Counted from the first letter of the whole stretch, positions 40,452 to 53,673 are shown. The stretch: 63,097 bases of DNA, filler included, from Octopus bimaculoides (GCF_001194135.2; 8 parts of 7 records of this genome joined end to end with filler, not necessarily neighbours in it); one strand, 5' to 3'. A program made the numbers and translations. Notes: generated by a model from the sequence alone, not told the origin.

Positions 40452-41172
40452 GTTGTTCAGTAGTTCTATTTTTATAACGTGCTTTCACTTCACTACCGAG
40501 CGCAGCTCTGTGCGCCTTGGGTATGTGCTGTGGTTTGCTGTGGTGCTCTTATGGTTACTGTATTGNNNNNNNNNNNNNNNNNNNNNNNNNNNNNNNNNNN
40601 NNNNNNNNNNNNNNNNNNNNNNNNNNNNNNNNNNNNNNNNNNNNNNNNNNNNNNNNNNNNNNNNNNNNNNNNNNNNNNNNNNNNNNNNNNNNNNNNNNNN
40701 NNNNNNNNNNNNNNNNNNNNNNNNNNNNNNNNNNNNNNNNNNNNNNNNNNNNNNNNNNNNNNNNNNNNNNNNNNNNNNNNNNNNNNNNNNNNNNNNNNNN
40801 NNNNNNNNNNNNNNNNNNNNNNNNNNNNNNNNNNNNNNNNNNNNNNNNNNNNNNNNNNNNNNNNNNNNNNNNNNNNNNNNNNNNNNNNNNNNNNNNNNNN
40901 NNNNNNNNNNNNNNNNNNNNNNNNNNNNNNNNNNNNNNNNNNNNNNNNNNNNNNNNNNNNNNNNNNNNNNNNNNNNNNNNNNNNNNNNNNNNNNNNNNNN
41001 NNNNNNNNNNNNNNNNNNNNNNNNNNNNNNNNNNNNNNNNNNNNNNNNNNNNNNNNNNNNNNNNNNNNNNNNNNNNNNNNNNNNNNNNNNNNNNNNNNNN
41101 NNNNNNNNNNNNNNNNNNNNNNNNNNNNNNNNNNNNNNNNNNNNNNNNNNNNNNNNNNNNNNNNNNNNNNNN

Positions 41173-41697
41173 ATGTTAGGGGTGATGTGGTTGCAGAAAT
41201 TGTCTGACAGCTATGACTGGGTCAACCTGATCGCATGGCATGATGCGAAGTCCTGTTACCAGACATATGGCCTTCCAGCAGTCACCCTCTCACCCAGGGT
41301 AGCACTACCTCCTACAGGCACTTGATGTATGCTTCTTTGTTGAGTCTGAGGACGTGTGGGAAGATGAATGGAGGCATAATGTCACCATCACTAGTGATCA
41401 CTCCAAACACCCTGATGTTGACTGGATGTTTGATTTTTATCACTCTTGGTGCATGTTCGTATTGGTAAATGCTTGTATTCCAGCACTTTGTATTGGAACT
41501 TCCGGCACGAATGTCATGCAGTACAGCATGTTGCTTCCAAATTTCTGGCAGAGTGAATTGCGTCATAGTGCTGTGTTTCTCACTGATGGTGCCCAGCTGA
41601 CCCTACTTTACTGTGTAGTCAACAAAATCAAAAACAAACAATGTGCATGCATAAAATAAAAAATATAAAATGGTGACAATTTACCCATTGCACCCTG
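41173..41697 (-). mobile_element. maT/DD37D element, internally deleted, copy 2 (5' end)
   Basis: TA-flanked TIR CAGGGTGCAATGGGTAAATTGTCA ends at 41697. The N-terminus MTQFTLPEIWK is joined to VIKIKHPVNIRVFG and W*QDFASCH. Homologous to copy 1. Confidence 0.85.
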
Positions 41698-42465
41698 TAT
41701 GTATATATATATTTATATGATGGGCTTTTTCAGTTTCCATCTACCAAATCCATTCGCAAGGCTTTTGGACAGGCCAAGGTCATTGCACAAGACAGTTACC
41801 CAGAGTGCCACACAGTGGAACTGAACCCAGAACCATGTGTTTGAGAAGCAAAATGTACTTTTAACCACCCTTGTAGGAAAAATTTATAGCAAACAAATTT
41901 AAAGTATTGAAAGGGCAAAAAATATCAAATATTTTGAAATTTTAAAAACATTCTTCTTTTCTTTCCAATAATTTGGCCAGTAGCAAAATGAAAGAATATT
42001 CAGTTATGTTCTTTATTCTTCATTCACACAGTTTTTTTTCAGAACATCACATAGTAAAATATATCAGAAAGGAAGTTTACAAATTAATAGAAATTGTAGA
42101 TAGAAATTTGACCAGATAACGAAATGAAGAATAATAGACAAAATAGTTCTATTTTGTTAAAATTACAGACAGAGAACATATATTCCCTTCTCGTCAATAA
42201 ATTAATTTGGCAGTGACAAGCCTGGTAGACAGCAAAATTATTGTTAAATATAAAAAGGCTTCAAATTTCAATGTGAAGAATTTTAAATGATGCTACAGAA
42301 ATGAGGACAGGAATCTTAAATGTGCTTGTATATACATACATACGTATATATGTATATATGTATATATGTATATATATANNNNNNNNNNNNNNNNNNNNNN
42401 NNNNNNNNNNNNNNNNNNNNNNNNNNNNNNNNNNNNNNNNNNNNNNNNNNNNNNNNNNNNNNNNN

Positions 42466-42839
42466 TGCCGGGTAGCTCAGTATGAAAAAACCTTTTCGGT
42501 AAAAATCATTTATAATCATAAATATATAGGGATTGACAGTAACCTGCTTCTCCAACATACTGAGAATTCAGAAATAGCAGCCAGAGAACTACTGATTCCA
42601 AAACTACAAATTATTACTCTAAATTGATAGCGATATTTTTGATACACACAGAACTGTGTGTATCAAAAATATCGCTATCAATTTAGAGTAATAATTTGTA
42701 GTTTTGGAATCAGTAGTTCTCTGGCTGCTATTTCTGAATTCTCAGTATGTTGGAGAAGCAGGTTACTGTCAATCCCTATATATTTATGATTATAAATGAT
42801 TTTTACCGAAAAGGTTTTTTCATACTGAGCTACCCGGCA
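42466..42839. repeat. Perfect palindrome, 186-bp arms, 2-nt loop
   Basis: 42466-42651 is the exact reverse complement of 42654-42839; the left arm abuts a gap. Confidence 0.95.
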
Positions 42840-42922
42840 AAATTGTTAATTATTAATTTTATTACTAATTGACGATTCCCTGCCCTGCATATCTATATTT
42901 TAATAAATATATATATAGATAC

Positions 42923-42953
<31 letters not shown>

Positions 42954-42963
42954 TACATACATA

Positions 42964-42997
<34 letters not shown>

Positions 42998-43065
42998 CAT
43001 ACACATACACACACACACACATATAATATATGTCTATATGCATCTATGAATTAATGAAGGCATAC

Positions 43066-43134
<69 letters not shown>

Positions 43135-43591
43135 CACACATTATCTTACATTATCTTCCTTTACCTCCTCCTCTCTCTTATCTACTTGGCTAATTCTGTA
43201 TGCTATATTGTTAGACACTATATTTATATATATATAACTTAATCCCTAACGCCACTCCTTCACTTCCTCCCTCACTCTATCTACCTCTCTTTCTATTCAT
43301 TTACTTTTCTGTCTTTTTACCACTTAATAGCCACCCCTGCTATCATTCTGTTATTGAATGTTGATATGTTCATGTCATCTTCTGGATATTTACACAATCA
43401 GGACTTTAACCCACATGGATTTACACAAGATTGCACCTAAGGACTTACGGACTTATTTCTACAAGATTTGAAAGTTGAACTGTGAACTTTTATGTTTCTT
43501 TTTTCTTCTCTTTCTTTATCTCCTTATTCCTTTACTCCTGTCCTCTATCTCATCATTTCATTAATCTATACCCTTCTCATTTTCCCTATGT

Positions 43592-43647
43592 GTCTCCGAT
43601 GACAAAATATCCCATACTCTGGAATATTCCAGAAACAGCTGTAAGAC
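43592..43647 (+). ncRNA. Decayed type I hammerhead ribozyme
   Basis: GTCT-CCGATGA-...-GAAA-CAGCTG-TA-AGAC; U4 is changed to C and stem II is damaged. Confidence 0.55.
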
Positions 43648-43886
43648 TTTGAATTTTTTTTTCCATTAATAATAATATATAACTTGAGATGTATATATAT
43701 ATATATTTATATATACATACACTCTTTTATTTTTTTACTTGTTTCTGAAACCATGCTGAACACCAGCTTCAGTTGTAGTTGAAAAACTCAAACCCAGGAC
43801 TCATTCTTTGTAATAGTCTTGTACTTATTCTATGGAAGCAGACGTTAAATGATGATGATGATGATGATGTTGATGATAATGATGAA

Positions 43887-43943
<57 letters not shown>

Positions 43944-43949
43944 ACATAT

Positions 43950-44330
43950 AGGCATGTCTGTGCTGTAAGAATCTTGCTTTTCAACAACTTGGTTCTGGTT
44001 TCAGTCCCACTGTCTGGCATCTTTGGCAAATGTCTTCTACTGTAGTCGCAGGCTGACCAAAGTGAGTGGATCTGGTGACAGAAACTGAAAGAAGCCCGTT
44101 ATACACGGATATATATATTTATGTGTGTGTGTGTGTGTGCCTTTGTGTCTGTGTTTGTTCCCCCTTGAGCACTTGACAACTGGTGTTGGTGTGTTTACGT
44201 CCCTGTAAACAAAAGATAGAATAAGTAGAAGGTTTAATAAATAAGTCCTGGCTTGATTTCTTCAACTAAAGCCTCTTAAGGCAGTACTCCAGCTCAGCCA
44301 CAGTCAAAATGACGAAAACAAGTAATACAA
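43950..44330 (+). mobile_element. SINE family A
   Basis: Diverged full-length copy. Other partial copies at 34308-34456, 35452-35580, 36805-36990, 39510-39660, 41705-41860 and 44420-44556. Confidence 0.7.
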
Positions 44331-44343
44331 TAAAAGAATATAT

Positions 44344-44389
<46 letters not shown>

Positions 44390-44656
44390 ACATATACATA
44401 CATACATACATACATACATTTGATTGTGGCCATGCTGGGGCACCACCTTTTGTCGAACAATTCAAACCTAGGACTTATTCTTTGTAAGCCTACTACTTAT
44501 TCTATTGTTCTCTTTTGCCGAACTGCTTAGCTATGGGGTCATAAGCACACCAACATNNNNNNNNNNNNNNNNNNNNNNNNNNNNNNNNNNNNNNNNNNNN
44601 TTAATTAATTAANNNNNNNNNNNNNNNNNNNNNNNNNNNNNNNNNNNNNNNNNNNN

Positions 44657-44695
<39 letters not shown>

Positions 44696-45888
44696 TAGGT
44701 ATGTATATACCTATGTGAGTGCGTTTTTGTGTTTGATAGCTGGTATTGGTTTTTTCATATCCTTTGTAACTTTAACGAAAGAACCAATTGAATAAGTACT
44801 GGGTCTAAAAAAAAAAGCTTCGGGGCAGTACCTCAGCATGGCTACAATCCAATAACTGAGGCAAGCAAAAAGTGAAAAGATAAAAATATATAGTAAGCTA
44901 ATCACTATGAGGACAGCTGGTAATAACAAAAGTCAATACTTCCACTGATGATGCCTTATAAACAGAAATGCTTTGAGTTGTCTTCCTTGCTTGCTTGCAC
45001 AAAGGCTAATGTTTTCTCACCTCTAATATATTTTACTGGAAAAGGTTTTTCTTCAGAGTAATACATGATTTTCTTTCTTTCACTCTATTATTTAATATTT
45101 CTTTTTGTGAGAGTAAGTTACCAATTAAGCTGGGTGCCGCTTAGTTTTTGTAATCAAAGCTTAAACAGTTTAAATTGTCACATAAAAAAAAAAGACTTTT
45201 GTTGGATTTTCAACAGTTTCCATGATCTTGCATTATCATTATCTTCCATGATCATTGTCTAACTTCTAATTGATTCGATCAGGTAATCTCTGATAAGTTA
45301 GATTGTGTAACCTTTGATAAAATTCTATTTTATATATAAAAAGAAAGTAAAATGTTATGCTTTTTACTCACCTTTTTTCTTCTTTTCTTCCCACCTACCC
45401 AGATATTGATATATTAAAACCAAATTCAAGTATATAATCGTGTCTAAATGGCAAAGATTATAACATCAGAGAAAGGTTAAAAAGACCTCAGCAAGATATG
45501 AAATGTTTTTTCAGCTGAGAAATTATTTTACTCATTCATAAAAGATTTTCAGTGTCACTTGGTTTAAATCAGAAACACCATTTGAAGACCAGGGATGAAG
45601 GTCATGAAATATGTTCATCAAGCCTACCAAATAACATCCAGATGTTTGAGCAAAAAAAGTGGATGACATGAATACTATTGCACATTAGATAGTGATTTCA
45701 TTTCATCAAACAAAAATATCTTTTTCTATAAATATAACTGGTTGTTTTGTGCCTTTTATCTTAACCATCACAGTAGCTTTTCTTTTCTATTTATTTTAAA
45801 ACAAATAGGCTAGAAATTGCTTAATTATAAAATATTACTCTTTTTTTTTTTCCTGTTTTTAATATTTCAGATTTTCATTAAATTCAAA

Positions 45889-46545
45889 ATGGTTAAAATT
45901 GAAGATTGTTGCCAAAATTGTGGTCAGGTGTCAGCTCTTTATCAATGTTATCGGTGCAAAATGGTTTCCTATTGTTCCAAAAATTGTGAAAGAAAGCACA
46001 AAAAAGAACATAGCAGAGTGTGTTTTACTCCTCAAACTACACTGAATCAAATAAATCCATTGACTGAATCAGAAGTAACATGTTCCAATAATAAAAAAAA
46101 ATCAAATAATGAAAAAACAGATAATAAAAAAGAGTGTTTAAAAGACAGTTCCAATGGTAAAACAGAAAACTTGTGTGAAACATGTTTTAGAACTAATATT
46201 CCTTTAAAGAAATGTTCTAAGTGCAAAACAACTTACTACTGCTCAACTGACTGCCAGAAATATGATTGGTCAACACATAAAAGCAATTGTAAGGTTCCAG
46301 AAATGAATACTGAGGTGAAGTATGAGAAGGAGAGTGGCCATGAGTATAGCAAGGAGAGAAGTAACAAAAAAGATCCAGTGAAGGAGAACAGTGTGAGCGT
46401 AGATGATGGGGATGGTAGTGATCCAGTGAAGGAGAGCAGTGTGAGCGTAGATGATGAAGATGGTATTGAAGTAGACAGCAAGGTAGGCAGTAAGAATAAA
46501 AAGAAAAGAAATAGAAGAAAAAAGCGTAAGAATGTCAACAGTGTC
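45889..46545 (+). CDS. Exon of a tandem MYND-type zinc finger protein (N-terminal part, 3' end lost in a gap)
   Basis: Polypyrimidine tract and CAG acceptor end at 45870; aaaATGG start at 45889; 219 open codons. Two exact C-x2-C-x(8-9)-C-x2-C-x5-C-x3-C-x7-H-x3-C motifs at 45910-46023 and 46174-46290, then an acidic repeat and a basic KNKKKRNRRKKRK stretch. Confidence 0.9.
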
Positions 46546-46625
46546 NNNNNNNNNNNNNNNNNNNNNNNNNNNNNNNNNNNNNNNNNNNNTTAATTAATTA
46601 ANNNNNNNNNNNNNNNNNNNNNNNN

Positions 46626-46925
46626 NNNNNNNNNNNNNNNNNNNNGAACCGTTAAGTTACGGGGACATAAACACACCAGCATCGGTTGTCAAGCGAAGTT
46701 GGGGGGACAAACACAGACACACAAACATATATACACACATACATATATATATACATATATACGGCGGGCTTCTTTCAGTTTCCGTCTACCAAATCCACTC
46801 ACAAGGCTTTGGTCGACCCGAGGCTATAGTAGAAGACACTTGCCCAAGGTGCCATGCAGTGGGACTGAACCCGGAACCATGTGGTTGGTAAGCAAGCTAC
46901 TTGTCACACAGCCACTCCTGCGCCT
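46626..46925 (-). mobile_element. SINE family A, young copy
   Basis: Near-consensus sequence directly after the spacer that truncates the MYND exon. Confidence 0.85.
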
Positions 46926-47266
46926 AAGAATTGGCTAAGAATTTGGTAGAATAGATAAAATACATAGCTGCAACCTTTTATGTTCTGAGTTCAAATCTCA
47001 TCTAAATTGATTTTGCCTTTTATCATTAGGTGAGTGATTAGATATGCATTATATTATACACACACACATTCACCATGTTGGACCACTGAACTCAAGACGT
47101 TTTTTCCATTCTCTTTCTATTTATTTCCTCTTATTTCTTTCTGTCGAAGAGCATAACCTTCAAACGTAAAATACTTTTCCATTTTTCCCAAGTGTCAAAC
47201 TAACATATTTGTTTGTTGTTACTACACCTGTCTTCGTCTTTTGTTTTTCTATAAATTTCATCTATA

Positions 47267-47430
47267 GGCACAGGAGTGACTGTGTGGTAAGTAGCTTGTT
47301 TACCAACCACATGGTTCTGGGTTCATTCCCACTGCGTGGCACCTTGGGCAAGTGTCTTCTACTATAGCCTCAGGCCAACCAAAGACTTGTGAGTGGATTT
47401 GGTAGACAGAAACTGAAAGAAGCCCATCGT
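47267..47430 (+). mobile_element. SINE family A, 5' half
   Basis: Ends in (TA)n at a gap. Confidence 0.85.
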
Positions 47431-49162
47431 ATATATATATATATATATATATNNNNNNNNNNNNNNNNNNNNNNNNNNNNNNNNNNNNNNNNNNNNNNNN
47501 NNNNNNNNNNNNNNNNNNNNNNNNNNNNNNNNNNNNNNNNNNNNNNNNNNNNNNNNNNNNNNNNNNNNNNNNNNNNNNNNNNNNNNNNNNNNNNNNNNNN
47601 NNNNNNNNNNNNNNNNNNNNNNNNNNNNNNNNNNNNNNNNNNNNNNNNNNNNNNNNNNNNNNNNNNNNNNNNNNNNNNNNNNNNNNNNNNNNNNNNNNNN
47701 NNNNNNNNNNNNNNNNNNNNNNNNNNNNNNNNNNNNNNNNNNNNNNNNNNNNNNNNNNNNNNNNNNNNNNNNNNNNNNNNNNNNNNNNNNNNNNNNNNNN
47801 NNNNNNNNNNNNNNNNNNNNNNNNNNNNNNNNNNNNNNNNNNNNNNNNNNNNNNNNNNNNNNNNNNNNNNNNNNNNNNNNNNNNNNNNNNNNNNNNNNNN
47901 NNNNNNNNNNNNNNNNNNNNNNNNNNNNNNNNNNNNNNNNNNNNNNNNNNNNNNNNNNNNNNNNNNNNNNNNNNNNNNNNNNNNNNNNNNNNNNNNNNNN
48001 NNNNNNNNNNNNNNNNNNNNNNNNNNNNNNNNNNNNNNNNNNNNNNNNNNNNNNNNNNNNNNNNNNNNNNNNNNNNNNNNNNNNNNNNNNNNNNNNNNNN
48101 NNNNNNNNNNNNNNNNNNNNNNNNNNNNNNNNNNNNNNNNNNNNNNNNNNNNNNNNNNNNNNNNNNNNNNNNNNNNNNNNNNNNNNNNNNNNNNNNNNNN
48201 NNNNNNNNNNNGTTAGTGGAATAAGAGAGGGGTGTCTTTGTCTTTTCTTACATGTTTTTTTTGTTTATTTTTTTTAGGTTTTTGTGGGGTATTTTGAAGA
48301 TTAAGCAAAGTAGAAAATATCTTCTTGCCCAGTTCTTCAATACAATATTTATTGCAATGCTTATACTTATGTTTAATCACACTGATAACTATTCTTTCTA
48401 TTTTTTCTTCCTCTTTATTTTTCCCTTTTTTTTTTTTTTTGGCGATGTTGCTGTTATTGTTGTCGTTCTTGTTGAAGAAATTTCAACATTTAATTTGTTC
48501 AAAAGGATTATGAAAGAAGCTTGAATAGACTGCAAAAGACTTGCAAGAAATCAACAAGATCTTTGTTTCAGTGAGCGAGAGAAGGAGAGAGGAGCACGGT
48601 AGTGGGGGGAGGGAGCAGTAGTGAGGGTGGCATTGTGAAAGAATTCCTGATAAAAACTACTCAATAATTCTTAAGTAAATTACGACAGAACAATTAGTAA
48701 AACCTTAATGTGCTCTATAATAGTCTTTTCTGAGAGTATGTGTATGTATGTATGTGTGTGTGTGTGGTGTTTTGTGTAAGGTGTTCGAAGGAAAAGTTAC
48801 TTATATATACATACATATGTACATATATGTGTGTTAGTGTGTGTTTGTACATATGTATATGTGTGTGTGTGTGATACAACTATAAGATATACATATGTAT
48901 TTTGGTATATATGTATTTATGTAGGTATATTCTTACTAAAACTTTCAGCAGCTATGAATTAATAGTTATGTATGTATGTGTTTATGCAAATGATTCAGAG
49001 TATGTGTATGTGTAAATACATACACACACACATACACATGCACCTATATGTACATATATATCTGCAAACATATTCATACACATATATATACATGTATACA
49101 CATACATATGTGTGTGCATATATATATATATATATATATAAATTTGCACGTGTGTGTATGTT

Positions 49163-49226
<64 letters not shown>

Positions 49227-49239
49227 CATGTATGTATAT

Positions 49240-49294
<55 letters not shown>

Positions 49295-49709
49295 CACACT
49301 CACACACACATTCTTACATACACACTCACACATGCACGCACACACACCCATCTACATGTATATAAGTAAGTTATTTGGTAGATAACAAAATAATCCTATT
49401 CTTATGCTTTGAATACATCCACCAATTATCATTTTTGTCTGTAACAGATCTCGCGCTCATTAAGGAGCTCTTCCAGCTATGTTCATATCATTTCTTATTT
49501 CTTCTTCTTCTTCTTCATGCTGCTGCACATACATGGCGCCAACAACAGCAACTATGGAACCGTATAGATTTACTGTGGTTAAGGAATTTCAGTATTCACT
49601 TGAAAAACCCTTTATTTCTTCAAAAAAAATCTATGCACATACACACATACATACACACACACTAATCTTTATTGTCTCTGTCTCTTTTTTCTCTTTCTTG
49701 CCCTCTCTC

Positions 49710-49754
<45 letters not shown>

Positions 49755-51344
49755 ACCTCTCTCTTTCTCTCTCTCTCTCTCTCTCCACCCCACTTTCTCT
49801 TTCCCTTGTCCTCTCTGTCTCTCTCTTTCTCTTTATCTCTCTCTCTCTACCTCACTTTGTCTGCTTTAACAAAATGATAGCATCAAAGATACACTTATAT
49901 GTTCATTCAAATATACATACATTCACACTCATACTTTCACACACACACACACACACAAATTCTCTCAAGAGTAAAGATTNNNNNNNNNNNNNNNNNNNNN
50001 NNNNNNNNNNNNNNNNNNNNNNNNNNNNNNNNNNNNNNNNNNNNNNNNNNNNNNNTATATATATATATATCAGGATAAGCACAACACACATGCACATGAA
50101 TAGATACACATACACACACACCTATATTTACATTTGTGTGCACATATACATGCCACACTAACTCTTACAGAGTAAAGACACACACACAGGCATGAGTACA
50201 GGCACACACACACACATACATTCATATGCTCACATGCATTCTCACATTTATGAATACATGCACATACAAGCACACATGCACACACCACACTAACTCTCAT
50301 AGTAAAAACATGAGTAAAAACACATGCGTCAGTATAGGTCCACACACACACACACACAACATTGATACACACACATTCACAAATGCAGGCACATACATAC
50401 ATATGCATGCACATGCACATAGCTTTCTCTTTTCCAGTAACTCACACACACTTATACACACATACACACAAGTCCATACACATTCATGCAAACAACATTT
50501 CTTCTTTTGGAAAGGTGAATCTCGAAGCAGATAAAGCTATATATAATAGCATGTAAATATAGTTTAATAAACTCTTTGGATAGAAAAATTAAAAAGCTTT
50601 CCGTTACAGGCAGAAATCCACTTCTTCTGTGAGTATAATTGGTTCATCATTGGCCTCAAGTAAGCTTTCAAACTTCTCCATCTGTTTTAGAAACTTTCTA
50701 CTTTGTAAGATGGTTGGTGTTAGGAAGGGTATCCAGCCCTAAAAACCATGCCAAAACAGTGAAGTCTGGTGCAATCTTCTACCTAGCCAGCCCCTGTCAA
50801 ACTGTCCAACCCATGCCTGCATGGAGAATGGACAATAAATGATGAAGACAACAAAGTGGCATTTTGTCTGTCTTTATGTTCTGAGTTCAAATTCCAGTGT
50901 GGTCGACTTTGCCTGTCATCTTTTAAGGGTCAATAAATTCAGTATCAGTGAAATACTGGGGTCGATGTAATCAACTATCCCCCTCCCCCAAAATTTCAGA
51001 CCTCGTGCCTATAATAGAAAAGATTCTTCTTCTTCTACTACTACTACCACCACCACCACGGCTGTCCTCATCTCTTCAGGTGATGAAACTGTCTTTTCTT
51101 TAGTGTCATGTCCATTTGGGGAGAAATTCTTTGATTCTTGAGATTATGTCTCCTCATTTGGAGCTGATTACATTAACCACTAACCAATTAGTCTCTTCCT
51201 CTGGAACCGAATGAAATTCAATAAATCAAGAATTCATCTTGTATGATATTTAATATACCCTTACATGCACATGTATCTCTTTTTTCTTTTCTTTTCAGCC
51301 CAAAGGCTGTGGCCACACTATATAATATATGTATGTGTGTGTGT

Positions 51345-51678
51345 GAAGGCACATGGCTCAGTGGTTAGAGCGTCAAACTTACAATTATGAGGTTGTGAGT
51401 TTGATTTCTGGACTGGGCTGCATATTGCGTTCTTGAGCAAGACACTTATTTCATGTTGCTCCAGTTCACTCAGCTGTAGAAATGAGTTGCATTGTCACTG
51501 GTACCAAGCTATATCGGCCTTTGCCTTTCCCTTGGATAACATTGGTGGCGTGGAGAGGGGAGGCTGGTATGCGTGGGTGACTGCTGGTCTTCCATATACA
51601 ACCCTGCCTGGACTTGTGCCTTGGAGTGGAACTTTCTAGGTGCAATCCCATGGTCATTCATGACTGAAAGGGGGTCAC
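51345..51678 (+). mobile_element. SINE family C (tRNA head plus CTTGAGCAAGACACTT core)
   Basis: A box TGGCTCAGTGG; its reverse-complement twin is at 28355-28680. Confidence 0.85.
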
Positions 51679-52164
51679 CCTATATCTATGTATACTCACA
51701 CTCACCCTCTACCTCTCAAATACATGCCACTGGTTACTCTGAGTTATTTCTCATTCTATTCTTAAGCCATTCATCTCTGTGTGTATGCATGTATACATGT
51801 ATAGTCTGTTGTCTACCTACGTGCCAGGTTACCATTTCCAAATGTTTACCTCTGTTAATCTCTCAAATAAACTCAAGTACTTATTTTTTAAGCTTCTGTC
51901 TTCCACACATACATGCTTGTCTTTCAGGTGCCAGTGCCACTTAAAAAGCACCCATGCTGGTGGCACGTAATAAACACCCAGTGCATACTCTGTTAAGTGA
52001 TTGGCATTAGGAAAGGCATCCAGCAGTAGAAAACATGACACACTCAATACATACTTGGAGTCTGGACAGCTCCTTGCTAGCCAGCCTCTTGTCAAATCAT
52101 CCAACCCATGCCAACATGGAAAGCAGACTTTAAATGACGATGATGATCATCATCAACATGGTAG

Positions 52165-52508
52165 TATTTATTCAGTCTCTTTTGCCAAACCAAATTATGG
52201 GGATGCAAATAAACCAACACCAGTTCTCAAGTGCTGGTAGGGGCCAAAAGTAAACACAAAAACTCATACATAGATATATATATATTTATTGACAGACAAG
52301 CAGATAGATAGATAGATAGATAGATAGAAAGGAAGACAGAAATACGACAGTCTTTTTCCATTTTCCATTTACCAAATGCACTCAGAAGGCTTTGGTCAGC
52401 CCAGGGTTATAGTAGAAGATACTAGCCCAAGGTGCTGCCACACAGTGGAACTGAACTTAGAACCTTATGGTTGAGAAGCGAACATCATACCACACAGCCA
52501 TGCCTGTG
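52165..52508 (-). mobile_element. SINE family A
   Basis: Diverged copy with an internal (TAGA)n tract. Confidence 0.7.
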
Positions 52509-52952
52509 GCATATGAACCATGCCCCTACACACACACATCTTGTGTGTTTCGGGAATATAAGTGTATGCTGAGGCTTGTGCCATATGGTATCATTAAATA
52601 ATGAAAATCAAAAGCCTTCGTCTATTATTATTGCAAGCCATTATTCAGTTGACTTCATCAAATGTGTTTTGGAGTTAATTTTCAGTTCTTAAGGATTGTT
52701 TTCGGCCCTTCTCTCCTAAATTAGCAATTACCAAATAGTTGACCACATCAAATTAAAGGCCTTTTTTCGCCTTTTTCTGCTGCTGACTTCTTGCCATAGA
52801 ATTGAGCTTAGGTGCCAATTCCATTGGCTAATCAGTTTTGATACTGGAAGTTTTATTATTCTCTAAAGCAAACCTTTTGTTGTTTTACTCCCTAGGTAAG
52901 GCATATTAATCCTTTCTTACTTTTTCTGTCTCTCGCTTTCTCTCCAACTCTT

Positions 52953-52993
<41 letters not shown>

Positions 52994-53064
52994 CCTTGCA
53001 CTGCTGAAAACCCTATCACTCCCACTTCACAGTTGAGTTGCTGGCTGTTGGCAAGGCATTCAAC

Positions 53065-53102
<38 letters not shown>

Positions 53103-53239
53103 TGCTCTGGTATTATGCAAATGCCAGAATTTGCAAAATCCATCCCACACATGCTACAGTGGGGAGAAGAAAAAAAAGTTGTTAAAAACAAAAAAAAAAA
53201 TTAAATAACCACAACAACAACAACATGAAGAACAACAAC

Positions 53240-53273
<34 letters not shown>

Positions 53274-53609
53274 GTGATAATGATGATAATAAAAATAATC
53301 ACAATGACATGGGGTCTAAAGCAGTCATGCAATTTATTGTCCCCAGAAGAATGCTTCCATTAAGTGGTGTTTCAATTTTACTTTTTGGTAGGTGGAGAAG
53401 AAGAGTTTTTTTCTCCTTATTTTTTGAAACAGGAATTATATTTATGTGTGATGTATGTGTGTGCATGTGTATCTGTATATGTTTTATGTGTTTGTGTGTG
53501 TGTGTGTATNNNNNNNNNNNNNNNNNNNNNNNNNNNNNNNNNNNNNNNNNNNNTTAATTAATTAANNNNNNNNNNNNNNNNNNNNNNNNNNNNNNNNNNN
53601 NNNNNNNNN

Positions 53610-53673
<64 letters not shown>

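Noticed and set aside
44940-44975. Hammerhead at CTGATGATGCC...AGAAATGC
   Set aside because: Stems II and III cannot be formed as written.
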